DNA from: Thermoprotei archaeon
GTDB lineage: Archaea; Thermoproteota; Thermoprotei; Gearchaeales; WAQG01
DNA: 64,000 nt
Assembly (NCBI GenBank): GCA_049976445.1
Contig: JBMFIF010000003.1
Span: forward strand, 3,629 to 67,628
Reading direction: 5' to 3'
Shown here: positions 9,312-18,139 of the stretch, piece after piece
Layout of the letters: every line of letters starts with the position of its first letter
Numbering within the stretch: the first letter of the stretch is position 1
Translations under genes and position numbers: made by a program
The notes under the pieces: generated by a model
Told to the model about the DNA's origin: nothing
What the model saw: the letters and a program-made list of their open reading frames with translations, nothing else
Databases searched by the model: none

Positions 9312-10221
9312 GTTAATTGCTATTCAATTTTTAAAAGTAACCTTTTTACTATTATTTATGTCATTACTAACACTATTATTTACACTTAATTTACAATATA
9401 ATGGGACCGGAACTATAATAAGAAATGCTACTGGTACTACAAATATTCAAACAGCAACAGGTGAAGCTGCATTCATGGCGGTTTCTGCACTTATTGGTGC
9501 ATCTCTAATATTTTTCTTATTGCTTAAGCATAAGTTCACTTTTATTTATCTACTTTTTATCAGCTCAATGTTTATAGTTACATTTGTAGCACTTGAACTA
9601 CATTTAACATCATTACTGAATTTTAACCAAATTAATGAAAATATCTTGATACTAATGTCTCTGTTACTCTCGCTTATTATAGTTTATTCTGTCTTCATAA
9701 ATAAAAATATAACAATAAATACTATTGGATTAACATTCTTCGTAAGTATCACAGGGTCATTATTAGGAATCATGTTTACTGATGTACAAATCACACTAAT
9801 TCTTCTTATATTATCACTTTATGATATTTTTACAGTTACAAAAGGACCATTAAAAAAGATTGTAATAAAAATAAATGAGATCGAAGAAAAAACAATGAAA
9901 GGAATCATTTCAGATACAAGTCACATAAATTCTCAAAGTAAAAATGTAATGACAGAAAAAAAGTTAAATTTTCGACGAGGAATGTTCCTTACTCTAGGTC
10001 ATGTTGAGTTCGGAATTGGTGATATGTTGTTTTATTCTGCAATTATATCTAATGCCTTCACTATAGCATTCTTAGTTTATACTATAACGTTAATAGGAGT
10101 AATTATTGGTGTCGGATTTACTCTTTACCTATTAACTCGAAGAGAATTAGTTCCTGGATTACCAATACCATCGTTATTAGGTTTGATAGCTTTATGGATC
10201 ACAAAGCTCTTTTTAATATAA
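9262..10221 (+). CDS. presenilin/signal-peptide-peptidase-like intramembrane aspartyl protease (A22 family)
   Basis: Polytopic membrane protein with a YD motif (LSLYDIFTV), a GxGD motif (FGIGDMLFY) and a C-terminal PGLPIP (PAL-like) motif in the canonical order. The true start is probably downstream of the 50-nt overlap with the upstream gene. Confidence 0.55.
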   Translation: MVLMSKLQKTDTQYRYKLIAIQFLKVTFLLLFMSLLTLLFTLNLQYNGTGTIIRNATGTTNIQTATGEAAFMAVSALIGASLIFFLLLKHKFTFIYLLFISSMFIVTFVALELHLTSLLNFNQINENILILMSLLLSLIIVYSVFINKNITINTIGLTFFVSITGSLLGIMFTDVQITLILLILSLYDIFTVTKGPLKKIVIKINEIEEKTMKGIISDTSHINSQSKNVMTEKKLNFRRGMFLTLGHVEFGIGDMLFYSAIISNAFTIAFLVYTITLIGVIIGVGFTLYLLTRRELVPGLPIPSLLGLIALWITKLFLI

Positions 10222-10225
10222 ATGG

Positions 10226-10420
10226 TTATAATGTTACGATCGGGCATGTAATTTGTTTTATTAAATTTTCAGCTTTTTCTGGTGATATTTTATAAGTATA
10301 TAATTTTGATGATGTGCGCAATTTTAATTTTACAACATCACCGCTTCTTTTAACACGACATTCTTTAGCTCTTTTAGCAATTTCTAAAAATTCTTTTTCA
10401 TCAAATATTTCTACTGGCAT
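10226..10420 (-). CDS. rpl38e: ribosomal protein L38e
   Basis: MPVEIFDEKEFLEIAKRAKECRVKRSGDVVKLKLRTSSKLYTYKISPEKAENLIKQ aligns by eye to eukaryotic L38e (MP.I.EIKDFLL.ARRKDA..VKIK....VKFKVR.S.YLYTL...D.EKAEKLKQ). Confidence 0.65.
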   Translation of the reverse strand: MPVEIFDEKEFLEIAKRAKECRVKRSGDVVKLKLRTSSKLYTYKISPEKAENLIKQITCPIVTL

Positions 10421-10989
10421 TTCCGCTCACTTACCTGTCATTATAAAATTCTAGTTAATATTTTTATTGTCATATTCTAAATTATTTAAAAAAGCTTTAT
10501 AGAGATTGTCCAGTAGAAGCAGAATAATTCTCTAGGATTATCCCCCTGCTGTTAGTAAGGAAGACCTTTGGAGCACTAATTCCAAGCTCTGCTGACAAGT
10601 CTTCGGCGATCTTAGAAATACTTCCATCTTCAGCCTTGTAATCAACATCTTTCAATACAAGCTTAATCGACCTTACATAAGCCTCATGAAAATTTTTAGC
10701 TATGAAAATTAGGATGAATAGGCATGCAGCAAGCAGTAGTCTCAGCTTGTCATGATAAAATTTTCTTATATAACCATTTATAAAGTAAAGTGCTTAAACT
10801 TTAACATGACATGCAAAGACTACCGTTTTGAAGTGATGCACATAACAAAGTGAACCTAATTTTTGATTTTTGTATCTGTTGTCTGTATCATGATGCAGTC
10901 TATTTAATCTATAATTCTTAGGCGCATATATTTAACTTTCATATTTCATTAATTATGAGGAAAAATGTTGTATTTATCTAAAAATTAGA

Positions 10990-11064
10990 TGGGCCGGGCC
11001 GGATTTGAACCGGCGACCACTGCCTCGTAAGGGCAGCATCCTAACCAGTCTAGACGACCGGCCC
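10990..11064 (-). tRNA. tRNA-Val (anticodon TAC)
   Basis: Manual fold. Acceptor GGGCCGG/CCGGCCC. Anticodon stem CTGCC/GGCAG with loop CTTACGA. T-arm GCCGG-TTCAAAT-CCGGC. Discriminator A. Confidence 0.85.
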
Positions 11065-11143
11065 TCTGTTAATGTAAGTAAAACGAGATTTTTAAGTATA
11101 TCGTCATTATTTTGCTGAGTAAGGGATATCGTCTAAAGTGAGT

Positions 11144-11701
11144 TTATGGATCGTCTATTGAGATTATTGTTGGTTGGCTTTCGGATTCTATTTTTTTCAT
11201 TAAATCCTCTATAAATTTAATAATCATAGAGTTATCTTGAGTTTCTAAAACTGAATCGCATTCTGGGCATTTGAAGCTATGATCGTATGCTTCATCGAAT
11301 GTGTATCTTTTTTCAGGATGGTTTGGACATGCAAAAAACATGTTTTGTTTCTCGTATTCTAATCTGGTTTTAAGTTTTTCGAGAACTATTTTTTTTCGTC
11401 TGAGTACTACGTTGGCTAAATTTTCGTAATCTAGGCTCCAATAATATGTAAACCAACCTGTGTCTGGTTCTTTTTCTCTTCGATATTTTACGATTCCTAC
11501 GTCAAAGAGCTCGTAAAGTACTTTTCTTATTACACTCAGTTTAAGTCCAGTTCTTTTTATTAGCCACTCTTCAGTAGTTTCTCTTCTCTCTGAGAGTGCA
11601 ATAACTATGGGTTCTGCGACTGGCCCTACAAATGTTCTAGCCAGCTTTGATATGTATGATCTGAATTTCGCTTGATTTTCTGATCTTGACATTTTGCTCA
11701 T
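11144..11701 (-). CDS. tfe: transcription factor E alpha (TFIIE-alpha homolog: winged helix + zinc ribbon)
   Basis: N-terminal winged helix and a CPNHPEKRYTFDEAYDHSFKCPEC zinc ribbon. Confidence 0.8.
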   Translation of the reverse strand: MSKMSRSENQAKFRSYISKLARTFVGPVAEPIVIALSERRETTEEWLIKRTGLKLSVIRKVLYELFDVGIVKYRREKEPDTGWFTYYWSLDYENLANVVLRRKKIVLEKLKTRLEYEKQNMFFACPNHPEKRYTFDEAYDHSFKCPECDSVLETQDNSMIIKFIEDLMKKIESESQPTIISIDDP

Positions 11702-11763
11702 TTATTATTTAACCTTAAGATATTTAACTTTTAATATAGCATATTAGCGGGATTCAAGAGGTA

Positions 11764-12300
11764 TTATTCATTAGGTTTTATATTAATTACTTTTTTCCCA
11801 CGTTCTGATGGTATGATTTGTATTTTAGCGTTGGTGAAAGTTTTATAAAATTCTTTACCTTCAAATAAGTGATCGAGAAATACTGCAAGAGCGGCTACTT
11901 CGCTATGAGGTTGATTTGTTACTGAGACATTATATGTTGCCATCTCATAAATTTCTTTAGGCACTTTTGATGCTCCAATTATTATTAATTTATCTTTATT
12001 GCTAGTTTTTATCTTATCTATTATAGATGGTAATGGAAGGCCATACATCGTAAGATGTATTACTTCATTTCCGTTTTCAACCCATTTTTTAATGAAACTT
12101 CTCCATGAAATGCCCATTTTTAGTATAAATGGACCGCCGAATCTATTTATTACGTCATGAATCTTCCTTTCTATTTTTTCATCTACAGTATCGAATATGA
12201 TACCATCTGCACCAAATGCCCTAGCTACTAATGCACAATGGGTACTCACTCTTTTGTCTCGTTCAGGTCTATGTCCTAGTCTGAATACAAAGATTTTCAT
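11764..12300 (-). CDS. tRNA (cytidine56-2'-O)-methyltransferase aTrm56 (SPOUT)
   Basis: VFRLGHRPERDKRVSTHCALVARAFGADGIIF matches the aTrm56 N-terminal signature. 178 aa. Confidence 0.75.
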   Translation of the reverse strand: MKIFVFRLGHRPERDKRVSTHCALVARAFGADGIIFDTVDEKIERKIHDVINRFGGPFILKMGISWRSFIKKWVENGNEVIHLTMYGLPLPSIIDKIKTSNKDKLIIIGASKVPKEIYEMATYNVSVTNQPHSEVAALAVFLDHLFEGKEFYKTFTNAKIQIIPSERGKKVINIKPNE

Positions 12301-12824
12301 TTTGTCTCGTCAGTCTTTTTAGGCATTTTAAGTTTTGCAACATCACCTAATGTTAAATCTATTGATATAGAATTTTGGCTTAAATTTGTGACCGAGGGGA
12401 TTTTCTCAATAAGAGGGATGCCCAATATTTTCTCTATTTTCCTTGCTAACTGGATACTAGGAATGATGGACCCCGCCTCAATCTTTTTTATTACAGAAAC
12501 TTTTTCGCCTAACTGACTAGCTAAAAAGTCTTGGGTCCATCCTAATCTTTCTCTAGCAGATTTTATTAGAGATGGATATTCATCAACAACTTTTATATCC
12601 TCATTAAAAATATCTTTTTCGAATTTTCTTTGAACAGTCCTACTACTTGGTTTTGGCTGTATTTTAGATTGTGCTGAGAGCGTTTGAATTTGTGAAACTT
12701 GTCTAGTCTTTATTGGCGTACCGTATCGTGAACATTCATTGCAGACGGTTAATTTTGCCCCTCCTATTAAGATAGTAACAGGTTGACCTTTAATAGGTTT
12801 ACCGCAGATTTCGCATGTAAGCAA
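12297..12824 (-). CDS. mbf1: archaeal multiprotein bridging factor 1 (zinc ribbon + HTH-XRE)
   Basis: N-terminal CEICG...CNEC zinc ribbon and a C-terminal HTH (LGWTQDFLASQLGEKVSVIKKIE). Confidence 0.75.
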   Translation of the reverse strand: MLTCEICGKPIKGQPVTILIGGAKLTVCNECSRYGTPIKTRQVSQIQTLSAQSKIQPKPSSRTVQRKFEKDIFNEDIKVVDEYPSLIKSARERLGWTQDFLASQLGEKVSVIKKIEAGSIIPSIQLARKIEKILGIPLIEKIPSVTNLSQNSISIDLTLGDVAKLKMPKKTDETK

Positions 12825-12881
12825 AGCTTACACCACTATATAAGTATTTTAAGGTGAAATATATCTTAATCTTCTTGTAAG

Positions 12882-13355
12882 GTGGTGATTCTTCTGAACG
12901 TGATGTTATCACAAATTAGGAGGATAGCAGACTACCAGTTTGGCTTAGGGGTTGGTAAAATATTGTTTCCTGATAATGTTAACATTGAACTTTCAAAACA
13001 AGGAAGACCAAGAAGGATTTATTTAAACAATAAGCTGATAGCCACTATACGTGCACGTGATGGATATATTGCACTCACATTAGATGGTGCAAGAATACTA
13101 TTACAAAGTAATTTGGTAGAAAAAAATATTGTAATCATATCTGAGGATGCAGTACCTTTTGTAAAAAATGGGCGTAATGTATTCGTTAAATTTATTGAGC
13201 ATGCCCCTAAAGAACTAAAAGCAGGTGAAGAAGTTATTATAGTTAACAAAAGGAAAGAATTAATAGCTGTTGGAAGAGCTATTTTAAATGGTGAAGAGAT
13301 GTTAAGTTTAAAGTCTGGATTAGCAATTAAAGTTAGGAGGGGTGTTGAAGATTGA
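12882..13355 (+). CDS. stand-alone PUA-domain protein (arcTGT C-terminal-like)
   Basis: 157 aa with a PUA-like C-terminal half (VIIVNKRKELIAVGRAILNGEEM). Start codon is uncertain. Confidence 0.45.
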   Translation: MVILLNVMLSQIRRIADYQFGLGVGKILFPDNVNIELSKQGRPRRIYLNNKLIATIRARDGYIALTLDGARILLQSNLVEKNIVIISEDAVPFVKNGRNVFVKFIEHAPKELKAGEEVIIVNKRKELIAVGRAILNGEEMLSLKSGLAIKVRRGVED

Positions 13356-13729
13356 GCAGGATTATGAACAGAAACATGATGCGAACTTTACAACGTATGG
13401 GCATTAGCGTGGAACCACTCAATGGTGTCAGAGAAGTCCATTTAATATTTGATGATAAGACTCTGAAACTTATTAATCCATCAGTAATGGTAACAAAAGC
13501 TGGTGGACAAGATATATATCAGATAGTCGCTGAAAAGATAGTAGAAGAAAGACAGGCTCTCCAAACACCGTTATCAAAACCTGAAGAACAACCTCTAACT
13601 ATTCCAGAAGAGGATGTGGTGTTAGTTGCAGAGCAAACAGGTGTTTCAAAGGAAAAAGCAAAACAAGCACTAATGCAAACCAATGGAGATATAGCGGCTG
13701 CAATACTTATGCTAAAGTCAAAGAGGTAA
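13352..13729 (+). CDS. nac: nascent polypeptide-associated complex protein (NAC alpha with C-terminal UBA)
   Basis: NAC domain, then a UBA-like tail EDVVLVAEQTGVSKEKAKQALMQTNGDIAAAILML. Confidence 0.8.
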   Translation: MSRIMNRNMMRTLQRMGISVEPLNGVREVHLIFDDKTLKLINPSVMVTKAGGQDIYQIVAEKIVEERQALQTPLSKPEEQPLTIPEEDVVLVAEQTGVSKEKAKQALMQTNGDIAAAILMLKSKR

Positions 13730-13734
13730 ATCAT

Positions 13735-14262
13735 TTGTTAACAGTACGTACTAATGGTTTAATAGTACTAATTCAAGGAATAAAAGTTCGTTCACCAATT
13801 AATATTAACTCACTTAAAAAAATTCTTGAAAAAGCTAATAGTAATAATTACGTTATACAGTTAATTGATGCAGATATTGTCGCTTCTCTTCATCATTTAA
13901 TCGCGGCAATAATTAGAACAGAACGTTCTTTTCATTCAAAAAGGAATATTTCGCACAAAAAGCACGTAGAATTGCTCTTGCGATTATGTGGTACACGTCA
14001 GATTTCTGATGCAATAAAAATTGCTGGTATAAAACCAGATTCTGTTAATGTTATACTCATATGTTATGGAAAAACAGAATGTCCACACGTTAAAACGATC
14101 CTTAATATGATTGATGGTGATTTAGAAAATAATATTCTTTACCTTAATAAAGAAAAGAGAAATAAGTTAATCAAGATTTATAATTTACCGTCTAGCATTT
14201 CTGATGAAGATTTAATAAAGTATGTACTTTTTAAAACATCGTTAATAGAGATAGAATCGTGA
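13735..14262 (+). CDS. hypothetical protein (possibly KEOPS subunit Cgi121; weak)
   Basis: 175-aa ORF in an information-processing neighbourhood. No motif recognised with confidence. Confidence 0.25.
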   Translation: MLTVRTNGLIVLIQGIKVRSPININSLKKILEKANSNNYVIQLIDADIVASLHHLIAAIIRTERSFHSKRNISHKKHVELLLRLCGTRQISDAIKIAGIKPDSVNVILICYGKTECPHVKTILNMIDGDLENNILYLNKEKRNKLIKIYNLPSSISDEDLIKYVLFKTSLIEIES

Positions 14263-14265
14263 TAA

Positions 14266-14371
14266 TGGGCCGGGCCGGACTTGAACCGGCGACCACCACC
14301 GCGTCAGGGTGGCATCCTACCAATCTAGACGACCGTTCTGTGCCATTAGGCAGCCCAGGGTTACCCGACCC
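14266..14371 (-). tRNA. tRNA-Val (anticodon GAC) carrying a ~32-nt insertion in the 5' acceptor-stem region (non-canonical intron candidate, or a disrupted gene)
   Basis: The 3' two-thirds fold as a normal tRNA: D-arm TCGTCTAGATTGGTAGGAT, anticodon stem CCACC/GGTGG with loop CTGACGC, T-arm GCCGG-TTCAAGT-CCGGC, 3' acceptor strand CCGGCCC-A. The matching 5' strand GGGTCGG lies 32 nt further upstream, separated by CGGGTAACCCTGGGCTGCCTAATGGCACAGAA. The exact junction is ambiguous because of a CGG repeat. Confidence 0.55.
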
Positions 14372-14497
14372 ATAAATATTTTAAAAAGACTGCAATATAA
14401 CCTATTCGCTTATTTTTTAATGATAAAAATAATATTTCACGCACAATAATAAATTTATTTAAATATCACTCTAACTAATATAAAATGAGGTGAAACA

Positions 14498-17002
14498 ATG
14501 TCGGTGAACTCTGATTTAAAGGCTAAAGTAGGGCGTGATTTTGCTTTTCCTGAATACAGGCCTCGTTATCCGCGAGACCCACTCTATAAACTTAGGCATA
14601 TTAGGGCTGAGCTTAAAATTGATGTGTGGAATCGCTCAGTTGATGGAAAAGTTACTTATATTGTGAACGGAAATCGTTCTCACGTAACTTATATTGATCT
14701 TGATGCTGTTGAAATGATCATTAAGGCAGTAAAAAATATTTCTGGCAAAGAATTACGTTTTGATTATGATGGAAAGGTTCTCAGGGTATATCCTGAAACA
14801 GAGATTTCGGATGATACTGAGTATACATTTATAGTTGAATATTCTGCAAAGCCTCGTAAAGGCCTTTATTTTATACTTCCTGATAAGTACTATCCAGATC
14901 GCGTGCCTCAAGTATGGAGTCAGGGAGAAGCAGAAGATAATAAGTATTGGTTACCAATTTATGACTATCCTAATAATAAAACTACTGCCGAGATTATAAT
15001 TACAACTCAATCTAATTTCGTAGTAGTATCAAACGGTGATTTAGTGTCTATCATTGAAAAAAATGGGTGGAAAACATGGCATTGGAAATTAGATAAACCT
15101 AATTCTACATACTTGTTAAGTATTGCTATAGGTGATTTTTCAAAATTTGAAGAAGTTCATGATGGAATAAAGTTTGAATACTATGTTCCTAGGGGACGAG
15201 AAAATGATGTAGAAAGAAGTTTTCGGAAGACTCCTGATATGATGAGGTTCTTTAGCGAATATACAGGTATACCATATCCTTATAAAAGATATGCACAAGT
15301 CTGCGTGTCTGATTTTATTTTTGGAGGCATGGAAAATGTGACGGCAGCAACGTTAACTGATACAACGCTTCATGATGAAAAAGCTCATATGGATTTCTTT
15401 AGTGAACCATTAGTTGCGCATGAGCTTGCACATCAATGGTTTGGTGATATGGTTACAACCAAAGATTGGGCTAATATATGGCTTAATGAATCTTTTGCTA
15501 CTTACTTCGAGAATCTCTATCTTGAAAGAGATCGAGGAAATGCAGAATTTATTTATGAAGTATACAGGGACTTACAATCATATTTAGATGAATATAGGAC
15601 TAGGTATGCGCGTCCTATTGTAACACGATTATATGCTATACCAGATGAAGTCTTTGATGGACATGCCTATCCTAAAGGTGCTGTTGTTCTGCATATGTTA
15701 AGGAATATTATAGGTGACGAAATGTTCAGAAAAGCCATAAATCTTTATCTTAATCGTTATAAGTTTAGTAATGCAGATACTGAGGATCTGAGAAAATGTA
15801 TTGAAGAGGTGACAGGCAAAAATTTTGAGTGGTTCTTTGATCAATTTGTTTATAGTTCAGGGCATCCTGTATTAAAAATATCATACTCATGGGAACCAAA
15901 TTCTAAGCTCTTGAAAATAACTATTAAGCAAACACAGGGTGATGATTCATTAAGTGTCTATAAACTACCTCTTGAAATAGAAATAAGGAAAGGTTCTATA
16001 AAAATTAGAAAAACATTTTGGATCGATGAACGAGAGCAAATTATTTACATACCATTTGAAGATAAACCTGATTATGTATGTATTGATCCAGAGCTTAAAA
16101 ATCTAATGGTTTTGGATATAGATGCTGGTATAGAAGAGTGGATAAAACAATTAGAATGCGAATATGTATATTGTAAGATCTTGGCTGCAAATGCTTTAGG
16201 TAAGATTGGTGGAAGCAGAGCTGTAGAAGCATTAAAAAAGGCCTTAATTTCTGATGAATACTGGTTTATAAAATCGGAAAGCGCTAAGGCTCTTGGTAAA
16301 ATAGGTAGTAGTGAAGCGAAGGAGGCTTTGCTTGAAGGACTTGAAAAAGTAAAGGAAGCCCGAGCTCGTCGTTCAATTGTTGATGCGCTTAGTAACTTTA
16401 AAGAAGATAACGTTGCTACCGCTCTTCTTAAGGTTCTTAAAAATAATGATGAGAGTTATTATGTGAGATATCAGGCTGCAGTAAGTTTAGGAAAAATGAA
16501 AAGGAAAGAATACTTCAATGATCTTGTTGAAGTATTAAGTGTGCCCTCGCACAATTATGTAATCACAGTAGGTTCATTATTAGGTCTTGGAGAATTAGGT
16601 AGTGATGATGCTTTGAAGATTATAATGGATCATACTGAATTAGGGAAACCAGGTTTAGTAAGAATAGGAGCTATTCTTGCGTTAGCAAAGTTTCCAGGAA
16701 AAGTGGAAGTGATAAAGAAGTTAGAAGAGTTATCAAAGGATCCGGATCTAAGGATCCGTTCAGCAGTGATCCGCGCAACAGCAGAATTAATGGATCCTAG
16801 GTTACTTCCAATGTTAGATGCATTATCAGCTACAGACCTTCATGGACGTATAATTAGGTCAGCTAGAGAAACAGCAGTAAAAATTAGATCGTCAATGGAA
16901 AAAGGTTTAGAATATAAACAGTTAAGGGAAGAATTAGATAAAATTAGAGAGGAAAACAGGAAATTACTTGAAAGAATTGCTAAGATTGAATCGAAGGGAT
17001 AG
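14498..17002 (+). CDS. M1-family zinc aminopeptidase (tricorn-interacting-factor-like) fused to C-terminal HEAT/PBS-lyase repeats
   Basis: GGMEN exopeptidase motif and HELAHQWFGD...E zinc site. The C-terminal ~250 aa contain repeated ALGKIG / AAVSLGKM HEAT-like units. Confidence 0.85.
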   Translation: MSVNSDLKAKVGRDFAFPEYRPRYPRDPLYKLRHIRAELKIDVWNRSVDGKVTYIVNGNRSHVTYIDLDAVEMIIKAVKNISGKELRFDYDGKVLRVYPETEISDDTEYTFIVEYSAKPRKGLYFILPDKYYPDRVPQVWSQGEAEDNKYWLPIYDYPNNKTTAEIIITTQSNFVVVSNGDLVSIIEKNGWKTWHWKLDKPNSTYLLSIAIGDFSKFEEVHDGIKFEYYVPRGRENDVERSFRKTPDMMRFFSEYTGIPYPYKRYAQVCVSDFIFGGMENVTAATLTDTTLHDEKAHMDFFSEPLVAHELAHQWFGDMVTTKDWANIWLNESFATYFENLYLERDRGNAEFIYEVYRDLQSYLDEYRTRYARPIVTRLYAIPDEVFDGHAYPKGAVVLHMLRNIIGDEMFRKAINLYLNRYKFSNADTEDLRKCIEEVTGKNFEWFFDQFVYSSGHPVLKISYSWEPNSKLLKITIKQTQGDDSLSVYKLPLEIEIRKGSIKIRKTFWIDEREQIIYIPFEDKPDYVCIDPELKNLMVLDIDAGIEEWIKQLECEYVYCKILAANALGKIGGSRAVEALKKALISDEYWFIKSESAKALGKIGSSEAKEALLEGLEKVKEARARRSIVDALSNFKEDNVATALLKVLKNNDESYYVRYQAAVSLGKMKRKEYFNDLVEVLSVPSHNYVITVGSLLGLGELGSDDALKIIMDHTELGKPGLVRIGAILALAKFPGKVEVIKKLEELSKDPDLRIRSAVIRATAELMDPRLLPMLDALSATDLHGRIIRSARETAVKIRSSMEKGLEYKQLREELDKIREENRKLLERIAKIESKG

Positions 17003-17006
17003 TTAA

Positions 17007-18095
17007 TCACTTTATATTAATTTTTATCCAGCAATGCCCACGTAGGTTTCCCAAAGCAATGTTTATCTTTACCTTGGTATGTACTATTTTTTCTGATTTT
17101 AATGTAATATTGGCTTTACCTATATATTTAATAATTTCTAAATCGTTACCTGTGACTTTACCTACATTTGTTAAATCAACCCATGTTTCTAAAGGTTCAA
17201 CATTAAATTTAGATCCAATTGTATAAAAGTTTATGAAATAAGGTTCATTAATTTTTCCATGATCCTGTACATCGACTATTACAACCGGGTTTATTAGTAT
17301 TGAAGCTATTTCTGGTGATATGACTTTTTCCCATGATTCTCTACTAACTGTCTCTGCAAATTTTGTCATTTTTTCTATATTACCTGATTCAAAGAAACCA
17401 CTTGTTGCGTCCCAAATAGCTTGAGATCTCCAGTATTCATCATCAATCTCATTAAGAACCGTTATTATATCATTTATTAGAAAGCCCCATTTAGCAAGGA
17501 GTCTTACAAAATCAGACATTATTTGAAATCTTTGAGATTTATCTTGAATGAAATTTATATCATTCATGATCAAATTAATAAGTTGGTCTCTATATTCGCT
17601 AAGTTCGCTATTTAAAATATTACCTAACATGATTAGAAGTTCTGATCTATTTAAAGGATCGTTAATATTTTCTATGCTATCAAATATTTCATTAATAGTT
17701 TCTTTAAAAACACCATATTCTAGAAATATTCCAGCGATCTGAAGTATTCTAATAATTGCTGACAATCGGTTATACAAATCTTTTAACTCTTTTGCATATG
17801 AAAAAGCTTTATTAATGATCTCTGATGCCTTTTCTATATAATAACCTTCGGCATATATTTCAGCTAATTTTGCAAGCAACCATACATAATCCTCACCTTT
17901 TTCCATTGTACTAAGCTCTTTATCAGCAAGTTGTAATATTGTTTGCGCCTCATTTAATTTATTAATATTCATGAATATTTTTGATATTTCTAATTGGTAC
18001 AACATTTTCCAGTAAAAATTATTTTCAGTTTTTAACATAGATTGTAATCGGTGTATTTCCTTCTCAGGGTTAATTAATTTAATGAGATATTTCAT
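17007..18095 (-). CDS. hypothetical alpha-helical repeat protein
   Basis: 362-aa ORF, tightly spaced between flanking genes. N-terminal two-thirds are helical and TPR-like. No family recognised. Confidence 0.4.
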   Translation of the reverse strand: MKYLIKLINPEKEIHRLQSMLKTENNFYWKMLYQLEISKIFMNINKLNEAQTILQLADKELSTMEKGEDYVWLLAKLAEIYAEGYYIEKASEIINKAFSYAKELKDLYNRLSAIIRILQIAGIFLEYGVFKETINEIFDSIENINDPLNRSELLIMLGNILNSELSEYRDQLINLIMNDINFIQDKSQRFQIMSDFVRLLAKWGFLINDIITVLNEIDDEYWRSQAIWDATSGFFESGNIEKMTKFAETVSRESWEKVISPEIASILINPVVIVDVQDHGKINEPYFINFYTIGSKFNVEPLETWVDLTNVGKVTGNDLEIIKYIGKANITLKSEKIVHTKVKINIALGNLRGHCWIKINIK

Positions 18096-18139
18096 CCTAT
18101 TAGTAAATGATTTTTTACTAAATAAAGTTGTAGTACGAA

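Noticed and set aside
13019-13734. Minus-strand ORFs 13019..13249 and 13519..13734
   Set aside because: They are antisense to the PUA-protein and NAC genes, are S/A-rich and low-complexity, and have no start context.
10990-14371. ~45-nt near-identical repeat shared by 10990-11035 and 14266-14310
   Set aside because: These are the conserved 3' halves of the two tRNA-Val genes (T-arm and acceptor), not a mobile-element repeat.
16739-16800. Clustered GGATCC-containing repeats (AAGGATCCGGATCTAAGGATCCGT...GGATCCTAGG)
   Set aside because: They lie inside the HEAT-repeat coding region of the M1 aminopeptidase. Repeated codons of a protein repeat explain them. This is not a CRISPR or regulatory array.
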